Origin: an uncultured Alphaproteobacteria bacterium
Lineage (GTDB): Bacteria; Pseudomonadota; Alphaproteobacteria; HIMB59; GCA-002718135
Reading direction: 5' to 3'
Length of the DNA: 64,000 nt
Assembly (NCBI GenBank): GCA_902521315.1
Contig: CABYRH010000008.1
Coordinates: forward strand, 18,066-82,065
Below, one piece after another: positions 1 through 10,533 of the stretch; the first letter of the stretch is position 1; every line of letters starts with the position of its first letter. The notes under the pieces were generated by a model, which was given only the letters and a program-made list of their open reading frames with translations, was not told the DNA's origin and searched no databases. A program made the translations under genes and the position numbers.

Positions 1-1857
1 AGCATATAAGAGATGAACAACATATCGATTTTTATTTTCTTGATGAAGTAATGTTATTCTCCCAGAGCTTGGTAGACCCTTGGTTTCAATTAATAGATTT
101 TTGTGTAAGTGCCTAATTGTATTTCCAAATAGTTGACGATGAACTTTTGATCCATTTTCTGCATATATCCTATCTAAATCATGAGCAAAAAAAATTGTGT
201 TCTTATATTGTATTACAGCTGGATAATTTTCTTTATCAAGTTTGTTTGGCGCATATAAGTGTCCATTATATTTTTCTAACGTTCGACTAAAATATGGTAC
301 TTTAATATCTGCTAGAATACTACTATCTTCATTTGCTTCTGATTTAATACCAGGTAAATAAGTTATAAATGGAGAAGAAACTAAATTATTTGATAACTCT
401 TTTCTTACTTGTACATAATCCATATCAAAATCAGAGGGTCCAATATATTTTGCTCCAAGATTAAAAACAAATTTATCGCATTTATTATTAAGGGATCCTT
501 TACCAATCACAACCAACGCCCCACCACGATTCTGAAAATCTTTCAATTTATTTATTTCCTCTTCTGATAGAGTATTTGATGATGGAATAATGATTAATTC
601 AAAGTTGTTAATTCTATCTTGAGAAGCATTAATACTTAAGACTTCGTATTCAATATGCTCTTCCAATAACATTCTAGCTACACCATCATCTGCATTGTAA
701 GAACCTGTCAAATAAAGAGCAATATTTGAAAAAGGTCTGCCGCCAATTCCATATTCTTCAATTTTTTTTATATATTCAAAAGCAACACCGACGTTCTTAT
801 ATGTATCCAAATCCATTTCTCCACTTGGGTGAAGATGATCACCAAAATTACATCGTGCACCGTGGGAGATCATAGCAGCCGCTTCATATTTTAGTGCTTC
901 AGGATATTTAAAACCTCCAAATTCTCCCCATGAAGTATGAAATTTACCACTCATACCAATTATAGGTTTATTTGTATAATTATGAAAATATCTAGACTGA
1001 GTTGCTATCTTATCATAGCCGCCCCAAGTTGTTGGTAAATCTTCTAAATCATTTTTAGTTGAGTTTTCATGAACGCGGTAAAGTAAATTTTCTTTTCTCT
1101 CAAGAACAGTTAAACCATTATAAAATATACTTGCATCTGATTTCATAGACTGAATATGAGCAGTCATATTTTTAGTAAAATTTTTTAGAACAATTTCATT
1201 CCAATGAGCATTTACTTCTTCAGGGTTACCGATATCATAACCAGTTTCCTTTATAGATTGCTTACAATTATCACAGTAACATTTTAGTTGAGTGAAATGT
1301 ATATCAAAGAAAAAACCATCCACTTGGTAATTTGAACACAATTCAGTAACAATGTTTGAAATTAATTCTTCATAATTTCCCGAGGGACACATAAATTTCC
1401 AATTACAATAAGGTCTAAACTCTTTACTTTTTTGTCTTATCTCTTTATCGCTATGTTGACCGGTGCTTGTAATTTCTTCAATTTCGTTTTCAGTTTTTTT
1501 ATTAAACTCAATTATACTACCGTCACTGTTTCTTGCGCACCATTCTGGATGAATTTCTGCATCATGTGCTGACCATCCGACAGTTAAATATATTGGAGCT
1601 TTTACATTAATTTCGTGACAAGCTTCAATTTGTTGACCAAGTAAATCAATTTTTAAATTTGGATGAATTTTTGCATGCTTTAATTTTGTTGGATAATAAC
1701 ACCAACTATGATGACATTTTCCAAAAATATTAATTTGATTAATATGCCCAATTTTTAGAGCTTCTTTAAATTGTTCTTTTGAAAAATATTTTCCAACATC
1801 AGGGATATGCTCTGAAGTGTGAAAATCTAAGTGTATTTGCCTTGATGGTTCATTCAT
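1..1857 (-). CDS. GH151-like alpha-L-fucosidase / beta-galactosidase-trimerisation-domain glycosidase (3' end outside window)
   Basis: Not in ORF track. Hand translation from ATG at 1857: MNEPSRQIHLDFHTSEHIPDVG...GKCHHSWCYYPT...DLLGQQIEACH...APIYLTVGW; same frame reads RYVVHLLYA at the window edge. Motifs match recalled GH151 proteins. Confidence 0.8.
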   Translation of the reverse strand, partial: MNEPSRQIHLDFHTSEHIPDVGKYFSKEQFKEALKIGHINQINIFGKCHHSWCYYPTKLKHAKIHPNLKIDLLGQQIEACHEINVKAPIYLTVGWSAHDAEIHPEWCARNSDGSIIEFNKKTENEIEEITSTGQHSDKEIRQKSKEFRPYCNWKFMCPSGNYEELISNIVTELCSNYQVDGFFFDIHFTQLKCYCDNCKQSIKETGYDIGNPEEVNAHWNEIVLKNFTKNMTAHIQSMKSDASIFYNGLTVLERKENLLYRVHENSTKNDLEDLPTTWGGYDKIATQSRYFHNYTNKPIIGMSGKFHTSWGEFGGFKYPEALKYEAAAMISHGARCNFGDHLHPSGEMDLDTYKNVGVAFEYIKKIEEYGIGGRPFSNIALYLTGSYNADDGVARMLLEEHIEYEVLSINASQDRINNFELIIIPSSNTLSEEEINKLKDFQNRGGALVVIGKGSLNNKCDKFVFNLGAKYIGPSDFDMDYVQVRKELSNNLVSSPFITYLPGIKSEANEDSSILADIKVPYFSRTLEKYNGHLYAPNKLDKENYPAVIQYKNTIFFAHDLDRIYAENGSKVHRQLFGNTIRHLHKNLLIETKGLPSSGRITLLHQENKNRYVVHLLYA

Positions 1858-2048
1858 GAAAACAGCTTATTTTATAAATTATTAAATTTAAATAATTTTT
1901 TGAAAAAAAATTTAAAATAAAAATTAAGTAATTCTCTAGTTTTTTTTATACTCTTAAACTGACTTTAACATACAAAAATATTCAAAAAGTATTTATTTTT
2001 GGCTCTTTTATGCTAATTTCTCCCTATCTTAATAAGGAGGAATGTAAG

Positions 2049-3332
2049 ATGAAATATTATTTTAGTCGAATATGGGCTGGTATATTAATTACTTTACTTT
2101 CTTTTTCATTCACTAGTAGCTCTTATGCAATTGATATTAAACTTTGGGATCTTTCTGCAAGACAAGGTCAAGATGAGTTCTATGAATTATTAAAGAAAGA
2201 AGTTAAAAAATATAATCCAGATATTAATGTTATTGTAACCGAGTGGGAAAATGAGGCATATAAAACTCAAATTCAACTTGCTCTTAATGGTGACGATGGA
2301 CCTGATGTCTTCTTTAACTGGTTTGGTGAAGATAGTGCAAGACTAGCAAGAGCTGGTTTAGCACTCGACCTTACACCTTACGCCGATATGGAAGGTGGAT
2401 ATGGAAGCTTCATTAGTAAAGGTTGGCAAGATGCTGGTGCAGTAGATGGAAAAATTTATGGTATTGCTAATAAAGCAGTTTCAAAATACTTCTATTACGA
2501 TCCTGCATTCTTTGATCAACATAACTTATCTGTTCCTACAACATTTGGAGAGTTAATTGATACTTGTAAAAGTATAAAAGCAATAGACCCTTCAATTGTT
2601 CCATGGCCAATGGGTAATTCTGAGAGATGGAAATTAAATCATGTTATTACCATGCTTAATCAAAGAGTAGTAGGAGCAGAAAATACAAAAGCGGATTATG
2701 CATTAACTGCACCTGATGATGAATTATTCACAAATCCTAAATATGTTGAAGCTTGGGAAAAAGTTGTTGAACTAAATGAAAATTGTTTCAATGATGCGCC
2801 AAATGCAACTAATCCAGAATTAACTAGATCAATGTTTGCAGCTCAAATTTCACCTATGATGTATTGTGGAACTTGGTGTGGAGGTATTTTTGCTTCTGAA
2901 GGTTTCACAGATTTTAAAATGTTTAGATTTCCACGTGTTGAAGGTGGAGCTGATGATGGAACTGTAGGCTTTCTAGTTGCAGAAGGATTACAAGTATCGG
3001 CAAAAACTAAACATCCAGAAGCAGCGGCTTTAGTAGCATCAATTAATGTATCTGATACTATGGCTTTAGCAGATGCTGAGTTGAGAGGTAGTTTGATATC
3101 AAATGCAACTTTAATTGATCAAATGGAAGATGCTCCTCATTGGTTTACGTTTTATGTCAATGATATTGCTGACAAAAGTGGACATGTAAATGTTTTAGAT
3201 GTTCTTTTAGAAGCGAATGTATCTAATGCTTATCTTGATATGGGAACTGAAGTTCTTAATGGAACAAAATCTCCTCAAGAAGCAATGGATTTCATTAGAA
3301 AAGTTGCTTTAGAAGCTAAAGCAGCAATGTAA
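2049..3332 (+). CDS. Carbohydrate ABC transporter (CUT1) substrate-binding protein
   Basis: Signal peptide, GPDVF motif; AAGGAGG RBS favours ATG 2049 over 2010; followed by two permeases. Confidence 0.9.
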   Translation: MKYYFSRIWAGILITLLSFSFTSSSYAIDIKLWDLSARQGQDEFYELLKKEVKKYNPDINVIVTEWENEAYKTQIQLALNGDDGPDVFFNWFGEDSARLARAGLALDLTPYADMEGGYGSFISKGWQDAGAVDGKIYGIANKAVSKYFYYDPAFFDQHNLSVPTTFGELIDTCKSIKAIDPSIVPWPMGNSERWKLNHVITMLNQRVVGAENTKADYALTAPDDELFTNPKYVEAWEKVVELNENCFNDAPNATNPELTRSMFAAQISPMMYCGTWCGGIFASEGFTDFKMFRFPRVEGGADDGTVGFLVAEGLQVSAKTKHPEAAALVASINVSDTMALADAELRGSLISNATLIDQMEDAPHWFTFYVNDIADKSGHVNVLDVLLEANVSNAYLDMGTEVLNGTKSPQEAMDFIRKVALEAKAAM

Positions 3333-3345
3333 TAAAAAAATTAAT

Positions 3346-3372
3346 TTCGGCTATTAATAATTAATAGCCGAA
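3346..3372 (+). terminator. Intercistronic stem-loop after SBP gene (mRNA stabiliser/attenuator)
   Basis: TTCGGCTATTAAT-A-ATTAATAGCCGAA inverted repeat. Confidence 0.65.
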
Positions 3373-3380
3373 GTTATTAT

Positions 3381-4286
3381 ATGAATAAAACTCAAACAAA
3401 CTCAATTGGTTTTTCTTTATCTAGTGATAGGGTATCCGTAATTATTCTTTTAATCCCAGCTCTTATATTTTGTACAATATTTATATTTATTCCAGCATTT
3501 TGGGCCATAGTTGGATCGTTTTATAGCTATGGAATGACTTCTCTTAATGATTGGAAATGGGTTGGTTTTGATAATTATATAAAAGCATCACAGGATGAAT
3601 TTTTTTGGATTGCATTAAAAAATAATTTTATAATTGTTTTTGCGTCAATCGTTCTGCAAGTAGGTGTAGGTACAATACTAGCAGCTATCTTAGATCGAGG
3701 AATAAAATACGGAAAAGTAATTTTTCGAACTATTATATTTACACCAATGGTTATATCATCTGTTGCAGTAAGTATAATTTGGTTAATAATTTATGATCCA
3801 AATGTTGGAATTTTAAATAGCATATTAAAAGCAATAGGCTTGCCAACACCTTCAATGGGTTGGTTGGGGGATCCTGATATATCTATTTGGATGATTATGA
3901 TTGTTGCTGGCTGGCAAAATACTGGATTTATGATGGTTTTAATCCTAGCTGGTTTACAAGGAGTTTCTAAAGAAGTTTATGATGCAGCAGAGATAGATGG
4001 TGCAACGGGTGTAAAAGCATTTTGGTATATTACTCTTCCGATGATTAGAAATATTATAATTGTTGCAATTTTGATAACAACTATTGGTGCATTTAAAGTA
4101 TTTGAATTTGTTTATGTCTTAACCCAAGGTGGTCCATCGAATGCAACACAAGTATTAGGAACATATATTTATTTACAAGCATTTAATTTATTGCATATGG
4201 GTTATGCCAATGCTTTGTCAGTTGTACTATTAATTATTGCCTTAATTTTAGGTTGGTTTCAACTTAAAGCAAGTAGGAGAGCGTAG
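3381..4286 (+). CDS. Carbohydrate ABC permease (MalF/UgpA-like)
   Basis: Hydrophobic; EAA loop YDAAEIDGA; TQGGPSNAT. Confidence 0.92.
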   Translation: MNKTQTNSIGFSLSSDRVSVIILLIPALIFCTIFIFIPAFWAIVGSFYSYGMTSLNDWKWVGFDNYIKASQDEFFWIALKNNFIIVFASIVLQVGVGTILAAILDRGIKYGKVIFRTIIFTPMVISSVAVSIIWLIIYDPNVGILNSILKAIGLPTPSMGWLGDPDISIWMIMIVAGWQNTGFMMVLILAGLQGVSKEVYDAAEIDGATGVKAFWYITLPMIRNIIIVAILITTIGAFKVFEFVYVLTQGGPSNATQVLGTYIYLQAFNLLHMGYANALSVVLLIIALILGWFQLKASRRA

Positions 4287-5104
4287 TGAGTAAATTTAAG
4301 TTAGCTAATATATTTGCTTACGGTTTTGTAACTCTCTTTAGTATCTATGTACTATTACCAATAATAGTGATGATACTGACTACTTTTAAAACAAGAAGGG
4401 AAATTTTTTTAGAACCACTAGGTTTACCAGGTCAATTTAATTTTTCTTCATTTGAAAAGGCATTATCCATAGGCCTTGGGGGTTTTATCTTCAATTCTTT
4501 TTTGGTTTCATTATTTTCAGTTATTTTAATAGTAATAATTGCAGGAATGGCTGCCTATGTTCTAGCAAGAATAGATTTTAGAATAAATAGATATGTCTAT
4601 TTATTAATTGTTGCAGGTTTCGCAATACCTCCAGCAGCTGTGCTTGTACCACTTTATGTAACAGTATCAAATTTAGGATTATTAAATAGTATATATGGTG
4701 TAGTAATGCCGTTAACTGCATTTGGTATTCCATTCACCGTTATTTTATTTTATGCTTTCTTTTTAGATTTCCCAAAAGAAGTTGAGGAAGCAGCCACTAT
4801 TGATGGTTGCAGTAAGATGCAGATTTTTTTTAGAATTATTATTCCATTATCTGGTCCAGCTATTGCTAGTGCAGCAATTTTTCAAACTGTATGGATCTGG
4901 AATGAATTTCTACTAGCATTAATTATGTTGACATCTGATGAAGTAAAAACCTTGCCATTAGGACTAATGAAGCTGAGAGGAGAATGGTCATCTGATTGGC
5001 CATCAATTATGGCTGGACTAACAATAGCAATCTTACCAGTTCTTATAGTATTCTTGATTTTCCAAAAATACTTTGTAAGGTCTTTAGCAGGTTTAGGAAA
5101 ATAA
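4286..5104 (+). CDS. Carbohydrate ABC permease (MalG/UgpE-like)
   Basis: EEAATIDGCS, WNEFL motifs; GTG start overlaps previous stop. Confidence 0.92.
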   Translation: MSKFKLANIFAYGFVTLFSIYVLLPIIVMILTTFKTRREIFLEPLGLPGQFNFSSFEKALSIGLGGFIFNSFLVSLFSVILIVIIAGMAAYVLARIDFRINRYVYLLIVAGFAIPPAAVLVPLYVTVSNLGLLNSIYGVVMPLTAFGIPFTVILFYAFFLDFPKEVEEAATIDGCSKMQIFFRIIIPLSGPAIASAAIFQTVWIWNEFLLALIMLTSDEVKTLPLGLMKLRGEWSSDWPSIMAGLTIAILPVLIVFLIFQKYFVRSLAGLGK

Positions 5105-5109
5105 ATAAC

Positions 5110-5388
5110 ATGGCCAAAAGACAAAAAGTTTTAGTTCTCTATTTAAAGTTACCAAGCTTAGAAGGAGAAGTAATTTCTTGGGCAACCTTTGATGGTACGG
5201 GAAAAAAACTACATATGACAGGAGATAGTGATCAGCCTCCTTATCCTACAGGTTTGGATGCTTTATTAGATGGCTGGAGATTATTTCAAGCAAGTCAAGC
5301 TATTCCTGAACATCCAGGTCAAGAATTCAGAACATCGTATTTAAAGCATGAATTTTTTTTTGAAAAATTAGAAGAAGGAGATTTTTAA
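5110..5388 (+). CDS. Conserved hypothetical ~92 aa protein coupled to PhyH gene
   Basis: ATG at 5110 (MAKRQKVLVLYL...PPYPTGLDALLDGWRL) fills the gap between permease and PhyH gene; ORF-track start 4996 overlaps the permease. Confidence 0.75.
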   Translation: MAKRQKVLVLYLKLPSLEGEVISWATFDGTGKKLHMTGDSDQPPYPTGLDALLDGWRLFQASQAIPEHPGQEFRTSYLKHEFFFEKLEEGDF

Positions 5389-5389
5389 T

Positions 5390-6310
5390 ATGGCTAAGTT
5401 ATTGACAACAGAGCAAATGGCTGAATTTGCAAATAGTGGATGTTTATTTTTTGATGAATTAATTGATGAACAAACTAATAAAGAGTTTTTAGATGATATT
5501 GGTCATACAGAAATTGATGAAGTTGATAGTGTTCAGCATTATTATAGAAATATAAAAGCAACAAGTAGTATCCCAAGAATACCAGCAGGAACAAAACTTA
5601 AAGATGCTTATCCAAAAGGCTCTCCTTTAGAAAAAATTTTTGCACATGAAGTTGTTGATGGTGCTATTAAAAGTTTAGTTGGTAGTAACACAATTATTGA
5701 TCACCAGTTTCTTCATATTACGTTTCCTACCAAATACTTTAAACAAGCAAATCAACGTCAGATGTCTCAACAAAATCACCAAGATAGTACGATTGATCCA
5801 AGAAGTACTTTTGACGTACAATTATTTTATTTTCCAACAGAGGTAACAAAAGAAATGGGAGGAACAAGATATCACCCTGGTACGCATTTACGTATTGTTA
5901 ATGAATTTGGAATTGCAAAATATCAAAATATTTTAGGACAAAAGAGTATAGTTTGTAAACCTGGTACAATTGGTATTTTCCATAGTGGTTTATGGCATGG
6001 TGCAGGTGTAAATTTTTCAGAAAATATTCGCTATATGTTTAAAGTGAGACTCCAACCTACAGAAAAACAGGAATTACTATGGGATCCTGAAAAAAAATAT
6101 CAGCCATTGCCAAACCGTGCACTTTATTGGACGGATGAAAGTAAGGAAAAAACGATAAACGATATTTTAATGAGATCTTATCCCTGGCAAGAAGCAGATA
6201 CAAATAGACTTGACAAAATCAATGTTGTTAAATTTTGGAGATTGTTAACTGGTCATAAGAAAATGGATGTTGATTATTGGTTAACACGCATTGAAAATGA
6301 ACTCTACTAA
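5390..6310 (+). CDS. PhyH-family Fe(II)/2-oxoglutarate dioxygenase
   Basis: H-x-D (NHQDS), GGT..PGTH and distal His (LWHG) motifs. Confidence 0.8.
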   Translation: MAKLLTTEQMAEFANSGCLFFDELIDEQTNKEFLDDIGHTEIDEVDSVQHYYRNIKATSSIPRIPAGTKLKDAYPKGSPLEKIFAHEVVDGAIKSLVGSNTIIDHQFLHITFPTKYFKQANQRQMSQQNHQDSTIDPRSTFDVQLFYFPTEVTKEMGGTRYHPGTHLRIVNEFGIAKYQNILGQKSIVCKPGTIGIFHSGLWHGAGVNFSENIRYMFKVRLQPTEKQELLWDPEKKYQPLPNRALYWTDESKEKTINDILMRSYPWQEADTNRLDKINVVKFWRLLTGHKKMDVDYWLTRIENELY

Positions 6311-6353
6311 ATAAATAATTCTCATCACGATTATTTAAAAAAGAACTTATTTA

Positions 6354-7496
6354 ATGAAAACTGGAATAATTGGTTGTGGAAATATTGCAGACATATACTT
6401 CTCTAATTCAATAAAATATTTCAATAATTTTGAAATTGTAGCTTGTGCTGATATTAAACCAGAAGCTTCTAAACATTATGCTAATATTTATAATGTAGAA
6501 AATTTAACTATTGATCAAATACTTAATAATGATGAAATAGAATTAATCATCAACCTAACAATACCAGATGTTCATTTTGAAGTTTCTAAATCAATTATAC
6601 AATCTGGAAAACATGCGTATTCAGAAAAACCACTATCAATTGAGTTTCATCACGGAAAAAAACTTTTAGAATTATCACATCAGAAAAATTTGTATTTAGG
6701 ATGTGCTCCTGACACCTTTCTAGGCGCTGGCATTCAAGAATCAAAAAAAATTTTATCTAATAATATAATCGGAAATATTGTATTAGGCAGTATTTCAATG
6801 GGTGTGGCTGGTCATGAAATTTGGCATCCAAATCCAGATTTTTATTATCAATATGGTGGTGGTCCAGTCCTTGATATGGGGCCATATTATTTTACAGCTC
6901 TTGTGAATTTATTGGGACCAGCTAAAAATATTTATTCACAATCAAGGACGGTTTACAATAAAAGAGTAATTGGAAGTGGAGAAAGAAAAAACCAACAAAT
7001 AAAAGTAGATATTCCTACTACTTTAATTTCACAAATTGAGTTTGAAAACGGTACATTAATAGACTCATTTTTCTCTTTTGATATTTGGAAGCATAACAAA
7101 AATCATATTGAGCTTTATGGTGATTTGGGTTCCATAAATATCCCTGACCCAAATACTTTTGGGGGATCTATACAGTTATGTACAGAGAAAAATGGTGAAT
7201 GGAAAACTATAGAGACTAACGAAAATAATTTAGGTAAAATAAATGTTGAAAACAGTAAAAAAACAAATGAAAAACCAGGCATAGCAAATTACAGAGGAAT
7301 AGGAGTTAGTGAAATGGTTGATTCTATTAAAAATAATCGAATAAATAGATGTAACGGTGAGCTAAGTCTTCATGTTTTAGACATCTTAGACACAATAATT
7401 AAATCTGCTAAAGAAGATAAAAAATTGGAATTAAGAAGTTCTGTATCAGCGATTGAATATTTTTCAGAAGAGGAAAATTTTAAATTATTAAAATGA
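6354..7496 (+). CDS. Gfo/Idh/MocA-family oxidoreductase
   Basis: GIIGCGNI Rossmann motif, YSEKP, GGGPVLDMGPY. Confidence 0.9.
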   Translation: MKTGIIGCGNIADIYFSNSIKYFNNFEIVACADIKPEASKHYANIYNVENLTIDQILNNDEIELIINLTIPDVHFEVSKSIIQSGKHAYSEKPLSIEFHHGKKLLELSHQKNLYLGCAPDTFLGAGIQESKKILSNNIIGNIVLGSISMGVAGHEIWHPNPDFYYQYGGGPVLDMGPYYFTALVNLLGPAKNIYSQSRTVYNKRVIGSGERKNQQIKVDIPTTLISQIEFENGTLIDSFFSFDIWKHNKNHIELYGDLGSINIPDPNTFGGSIQLCTEKNGEWKTIETNENNLGKINVENSKKTNEKPGIANYRGIGVSEMVDSIKNNRINRCNGELSLHVLDILDTIIKSAKEDKKLELRSSVSAIEYFSEEENFKLLK

Positions 7497-7509
7497 AGGT
7501 AAATTTATA

Positions 7510-8223
7510 ATGAAAAAAGCATTAATCGTATTTGGAGGTTGGCCAGGACATGAGCCTGAAAAATGTAATGAAATTTTAAGTAAATTCTTAAATTCTGAAG
7601 GTTACGAAGTAAGATCTGAAAATTCAACAGAAGCTTTTGCTGAAGACTATGTACACGAAATGGATTTAATTATACCAATTGTTACAATGGCTTTTCATCA
7701 TTCTCCCAAAGGAGAAATAAAGAAAAATGAAGTTAATAATTTAATAAAAGCAGTTGTAAATGGTTGTGGTCTTGCAGGTCATCATGGAGGGATGTGTGAT
7801 GCTTTTAGACAATCAATTGATTGGCAATTTTTAACTGGTGGTCAATGGGTAAGTCATCCTAATGGTATTCACGATTATAAAGTGAATATTACTAAAAAAA
7901 ATGATCCAATTATGGAAGGTATTGAAGATTTTGATTATCATTCTGAACAATATTATATGCACGTTGATCCAATGAATGAAGTTTTAGCAACAACTACTTT
8001 TCAAGGTCATGAAATATGGAAATTAGAGCAAGAGCCAGGAAAGCCAGGAGATGATCAATACCAAACAGAATGGATAAAGGGTGTTGAAATGCCAGTTGTA
8101 TGGAAAAGAAAAATTGGAAAAGGAAAAATTTTTTACACTTCCCTTGGTCATTTTGCTGATGAGCTTAATCATCCAGAAATGAAAAAAATTTATCATCGTG
8201 GTTTGCTTTGGGCATCAAGATAG
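7510..8223 (+). CDS. ThuA-like (trehalose-utilisation domain) protein
   Basis: GGWPGHEP, GGQWVSHP, SEQYYMHVDP, GKGKIFYTSLGH. Confidence 0.8.
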   Translation: MKKALIVFGGWPGHEPEKCNEILSKFLNSEGYEVRSENSTEAFAEDYVHEMDLIIPIVTMAFHHSPKGEIKKNEVNNLIKAVVNGCGLAGHHGGMCDAFRQSIDWQFLTGGQWVSHPNGIHDYKVNITKKNDPIMEGIEDFDYHSEQYYMHVDPMNEVLATTTFQGHEIWKLEQEPGKPGDDQYQTEWIKGVEMPVVWKRKIGKGKIFYTSLGHFADELNHPEMKKIYHRGLLWASR

Positions 8224-8247
8224 AGTAAGATAATTTAGGGAGATTAT

Positions 8248-9561
8248 ATGACAGATTATTTTAAAAATATTCCTGAAATTAAATACGAAGGTGAAAATAG
8301 CTCAAATCCATTAGCATTTAAATTTTACGATGAAAATAAGGTTGTCTTGGGCAAAACAATGAAAGAGCATTTAAGATTTGCAACTTGTTACTGGCATACA
8401 TTTACTTGGCCAGGTCTTGATCCATTTGGAGGTCAAACATTTAATAGACCTTGGATGCAAGCAGGTGACGAAATAAAAATGGCTGAAATGAAACTTAATG
8501 CTGCGTTTGATTTCTTTACTAAAATCAAAACTCCCTTTTTCTGTTTTCACGATAGAGATATATCTCCTGAAGGCTCAAACTATGCCGAAACCCAAAAAAA
8601 TTTCTTTCATATAATAGATTTAATGGAACAAAAAATTAATAACTCAGGTATGCAATTACTCTGGGGGACAGCAAATGCGTTCTCTCATAAAAGATATATG
8701 AGTGGTGCTTCTACAAACCCAGATCCAGAAGTTTTTGCATATAAAGCTGCACAAGTAAAAGATTGTATGGATGCAACAATGAGATTGGGTGGTCAAAATT
8801 ATGTTCTTTGGGGTGGTAGAGAAGGATACGAAACTATTCTTAATACTGACATGACGAAGGAAACTTCTAATCTTCAAAGATTTTTAGAATTAGTCGTTAA
8901 TTATAAACACAAGATAGGATTTAAAGGTCAAATCTTATTGGAACCAAAACCTCATGAACCAACTAAACATCAATACGACTTTGACTCTGCAACTTGTTTA
9001 GCGTTTTTACGAAAGGCAGGTTTAGAAAATGAGATTAAACTAAATGTTGAAGTTAATCATGCAACTTTATCTGGTCATAATTTTGAACATGAAATTGCTT
9101 ACGCTACTTCAAATAGCGCCTTAGGAAGTATTGATATTAATAGAGGCGATACTTTGATAGGTTGGGATACTGATCAATTCCCAAATAATCCTGCTGACTT
9201 AATTATGTCATTTTATTTTATTTTTAAGAATGGCGGCTTAGGTCAAGGAGGCATGAACTTTGATGCAAAAATAAGAAGACAATCTATCGATGCTGAAGAT
9301 TTATTCCATGCTCATATTGGAGGCATGGATGTTTGTGCAAAAACACTTATTGCTGTTGAAAAAATGATGAATGATAATGTTATTCCTAAGTTTATTGAAG
9401 ATAGATATGAAGACTGGAATAAAAGTTTGGGGCAGTTTATTCATAATAAAGATACTGGATTAGATGATATAAATAAAAAAGTAATCGACGATAATATTGA
9501 ACCAGAACCTCGTTCAGGAAGACAAGAATATCTGGAAAATATCTTAAATAAATATTTGTAG
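8248..9561 (+). CDS. xylA: Xylose isomerase (class II)
   Basis: YWHTF, FHDRD, WGGREGY, EPKPHEPTKHQYD, GWDTDQF motifs. Confidence 0.97.
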   Translation: MTDYFKNIPEIKYEGENSSNPLAFKFYDENKVVLGKTMKEHLRFATCYWHTFTWPGLDPFGGQTFNRPWMQAGDEIKMAEMKLNAAFDFFTKIKTPFFCFHDRDISPEGSNYAETQKNFFHIIDLMEQKINNSGMQLLWGTANAFSHKRYMSGASTNPDPEVFAYKAAQVKDCMDATMRLGGQNYVLWGGREGYETILNTDMTKETSNLQRFLELVVNYKHKIGFKGQILLEPKPHEPTKHQYDFDSATCLAFLRKAGLENEIKLNVEVNHATLSGHNFEHEIAYATSNSALGSIDINRGDTLIGWDTDQFPNNPADLIMSFYFIFKNGGLGQGGMNFDAKIRRQSIDAEDLFHAHIGGMDVCAKTLIAVEKMMNDNVIPKFIEDRYEDWNKSLGQFIHNKDTGLDDINKKVIDDNIEPEPRSGRQEYLENILNKYL

Positions 9562-9603
9562 TTACTAACCATAAGTTTCTATACTAATTGATTTATAAAT
9601 ATT

Positions 9604-10533
9604 ATGAAAATTTATAAATTAGATACAGCATCAGATTTTGAAAAATTAAACCTTTGTCTCGCAATAGGTAATTTTGATGGAATACATAAAGGGCACCAAG
9701 AAATAATAAATAAAATTAAGGAGATTGCATCAAACAATAATTTATTATCTTCTATAATGAGTTTTAATCCTCATCCTCGTATTTACTTTAATCAAATTAA
9801 TGAGCCTTTTAATATTTATACTCAAAATGATAAAATAAATTTTCTTGAAAGATTGGGTTTAGATATATTTATAGATTTTTCTTTTGATAACAATCTATCA
9901 GTATTATCAGCTGATGATTTTGTAACTAAAATTCTTATTGATAAATTAAATATTAAATATTTAGTTATAGGTACTGACTTTAAGTTTGGAAAAGACAGAA
10001 AAGGTAATTTTAAAACATTAGAAAAGTATGCTGAAAAAAATAATGTTAATATTCATTCAATCGAACCTATTATGCTTACTGATAAATCTGATAAATATTC
10101 ATCTTCGATAATTCGATCACAAATAAAAGAAGGTTATATGGAAGATGTTACAGAGTCTTTAGGTAGGCCCTGGCATATGCATGGAAAAATAATTGAAGGC
10201 GATAAAAGAGCTAGAGAAATCAATTTTCCGACTGCTAATATGATACCAGATCAACACATATTACCAAAAAGAGGTGTTTACTGTGTGGAAGTGCTATTAG
10301 AAGGCAAAAAATACAAAGGTGTTTCAAATTTTGGTTTAAGACCAACAGTCGATGGAAGCAAACTCCTTCTAGAGACACATATGTTTAATTTTAGTGAAGA
10401 AATATATGGTAAAGAATTGACTGTTGAATTCCTTACATTTATTAGGTCTGAACAAAAATTTAATAATTTTGAAGAATTAACCAAGCAAATCAACAAAGAT
10501 ATAAATACAGCTAAAAAATATCATCAACTATAA
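9604..10533 (+). CDS. ribF: Bifunctional riboflavin kinase/FAD synthetase
   Basis: GNFDGIHKGH, FPTAN, GLRPT; upstream of ileS. Confidence 0.96.
   Translation: MKIYKLDTASDFEKLNLCLAIGNFDGIHKGHQEIINKIKEIASNNNLLSSIMSFNPHPRIYFNQINEPFNIYTQNDKINFLERLGLDIFIDFSFDNNLSVLSADDFVTKILIDKLNIKYLVIGTDFKFGKDRKGNFKTLEKYAEKNNVNIHSIEPIMLTDKSDKYSSSIIRSQIKEGYMEDVTESLGRPWHMHGKIIEGDKRAREINFPTANMIPDQHILPKRGVYCVEVLLEGKKYKGVSNFGLRPTVDGSKLLLETHMFNFSEEIYGKELTVEFLTFIRSEQKFNNFEELTKQINKDINTAKKYHQL

Noticed and set aside
4882-5124. Antisense ORF and the 4996 start extension
   Set aside because: Overlap a clear permease; real start of the small gene is 5110.
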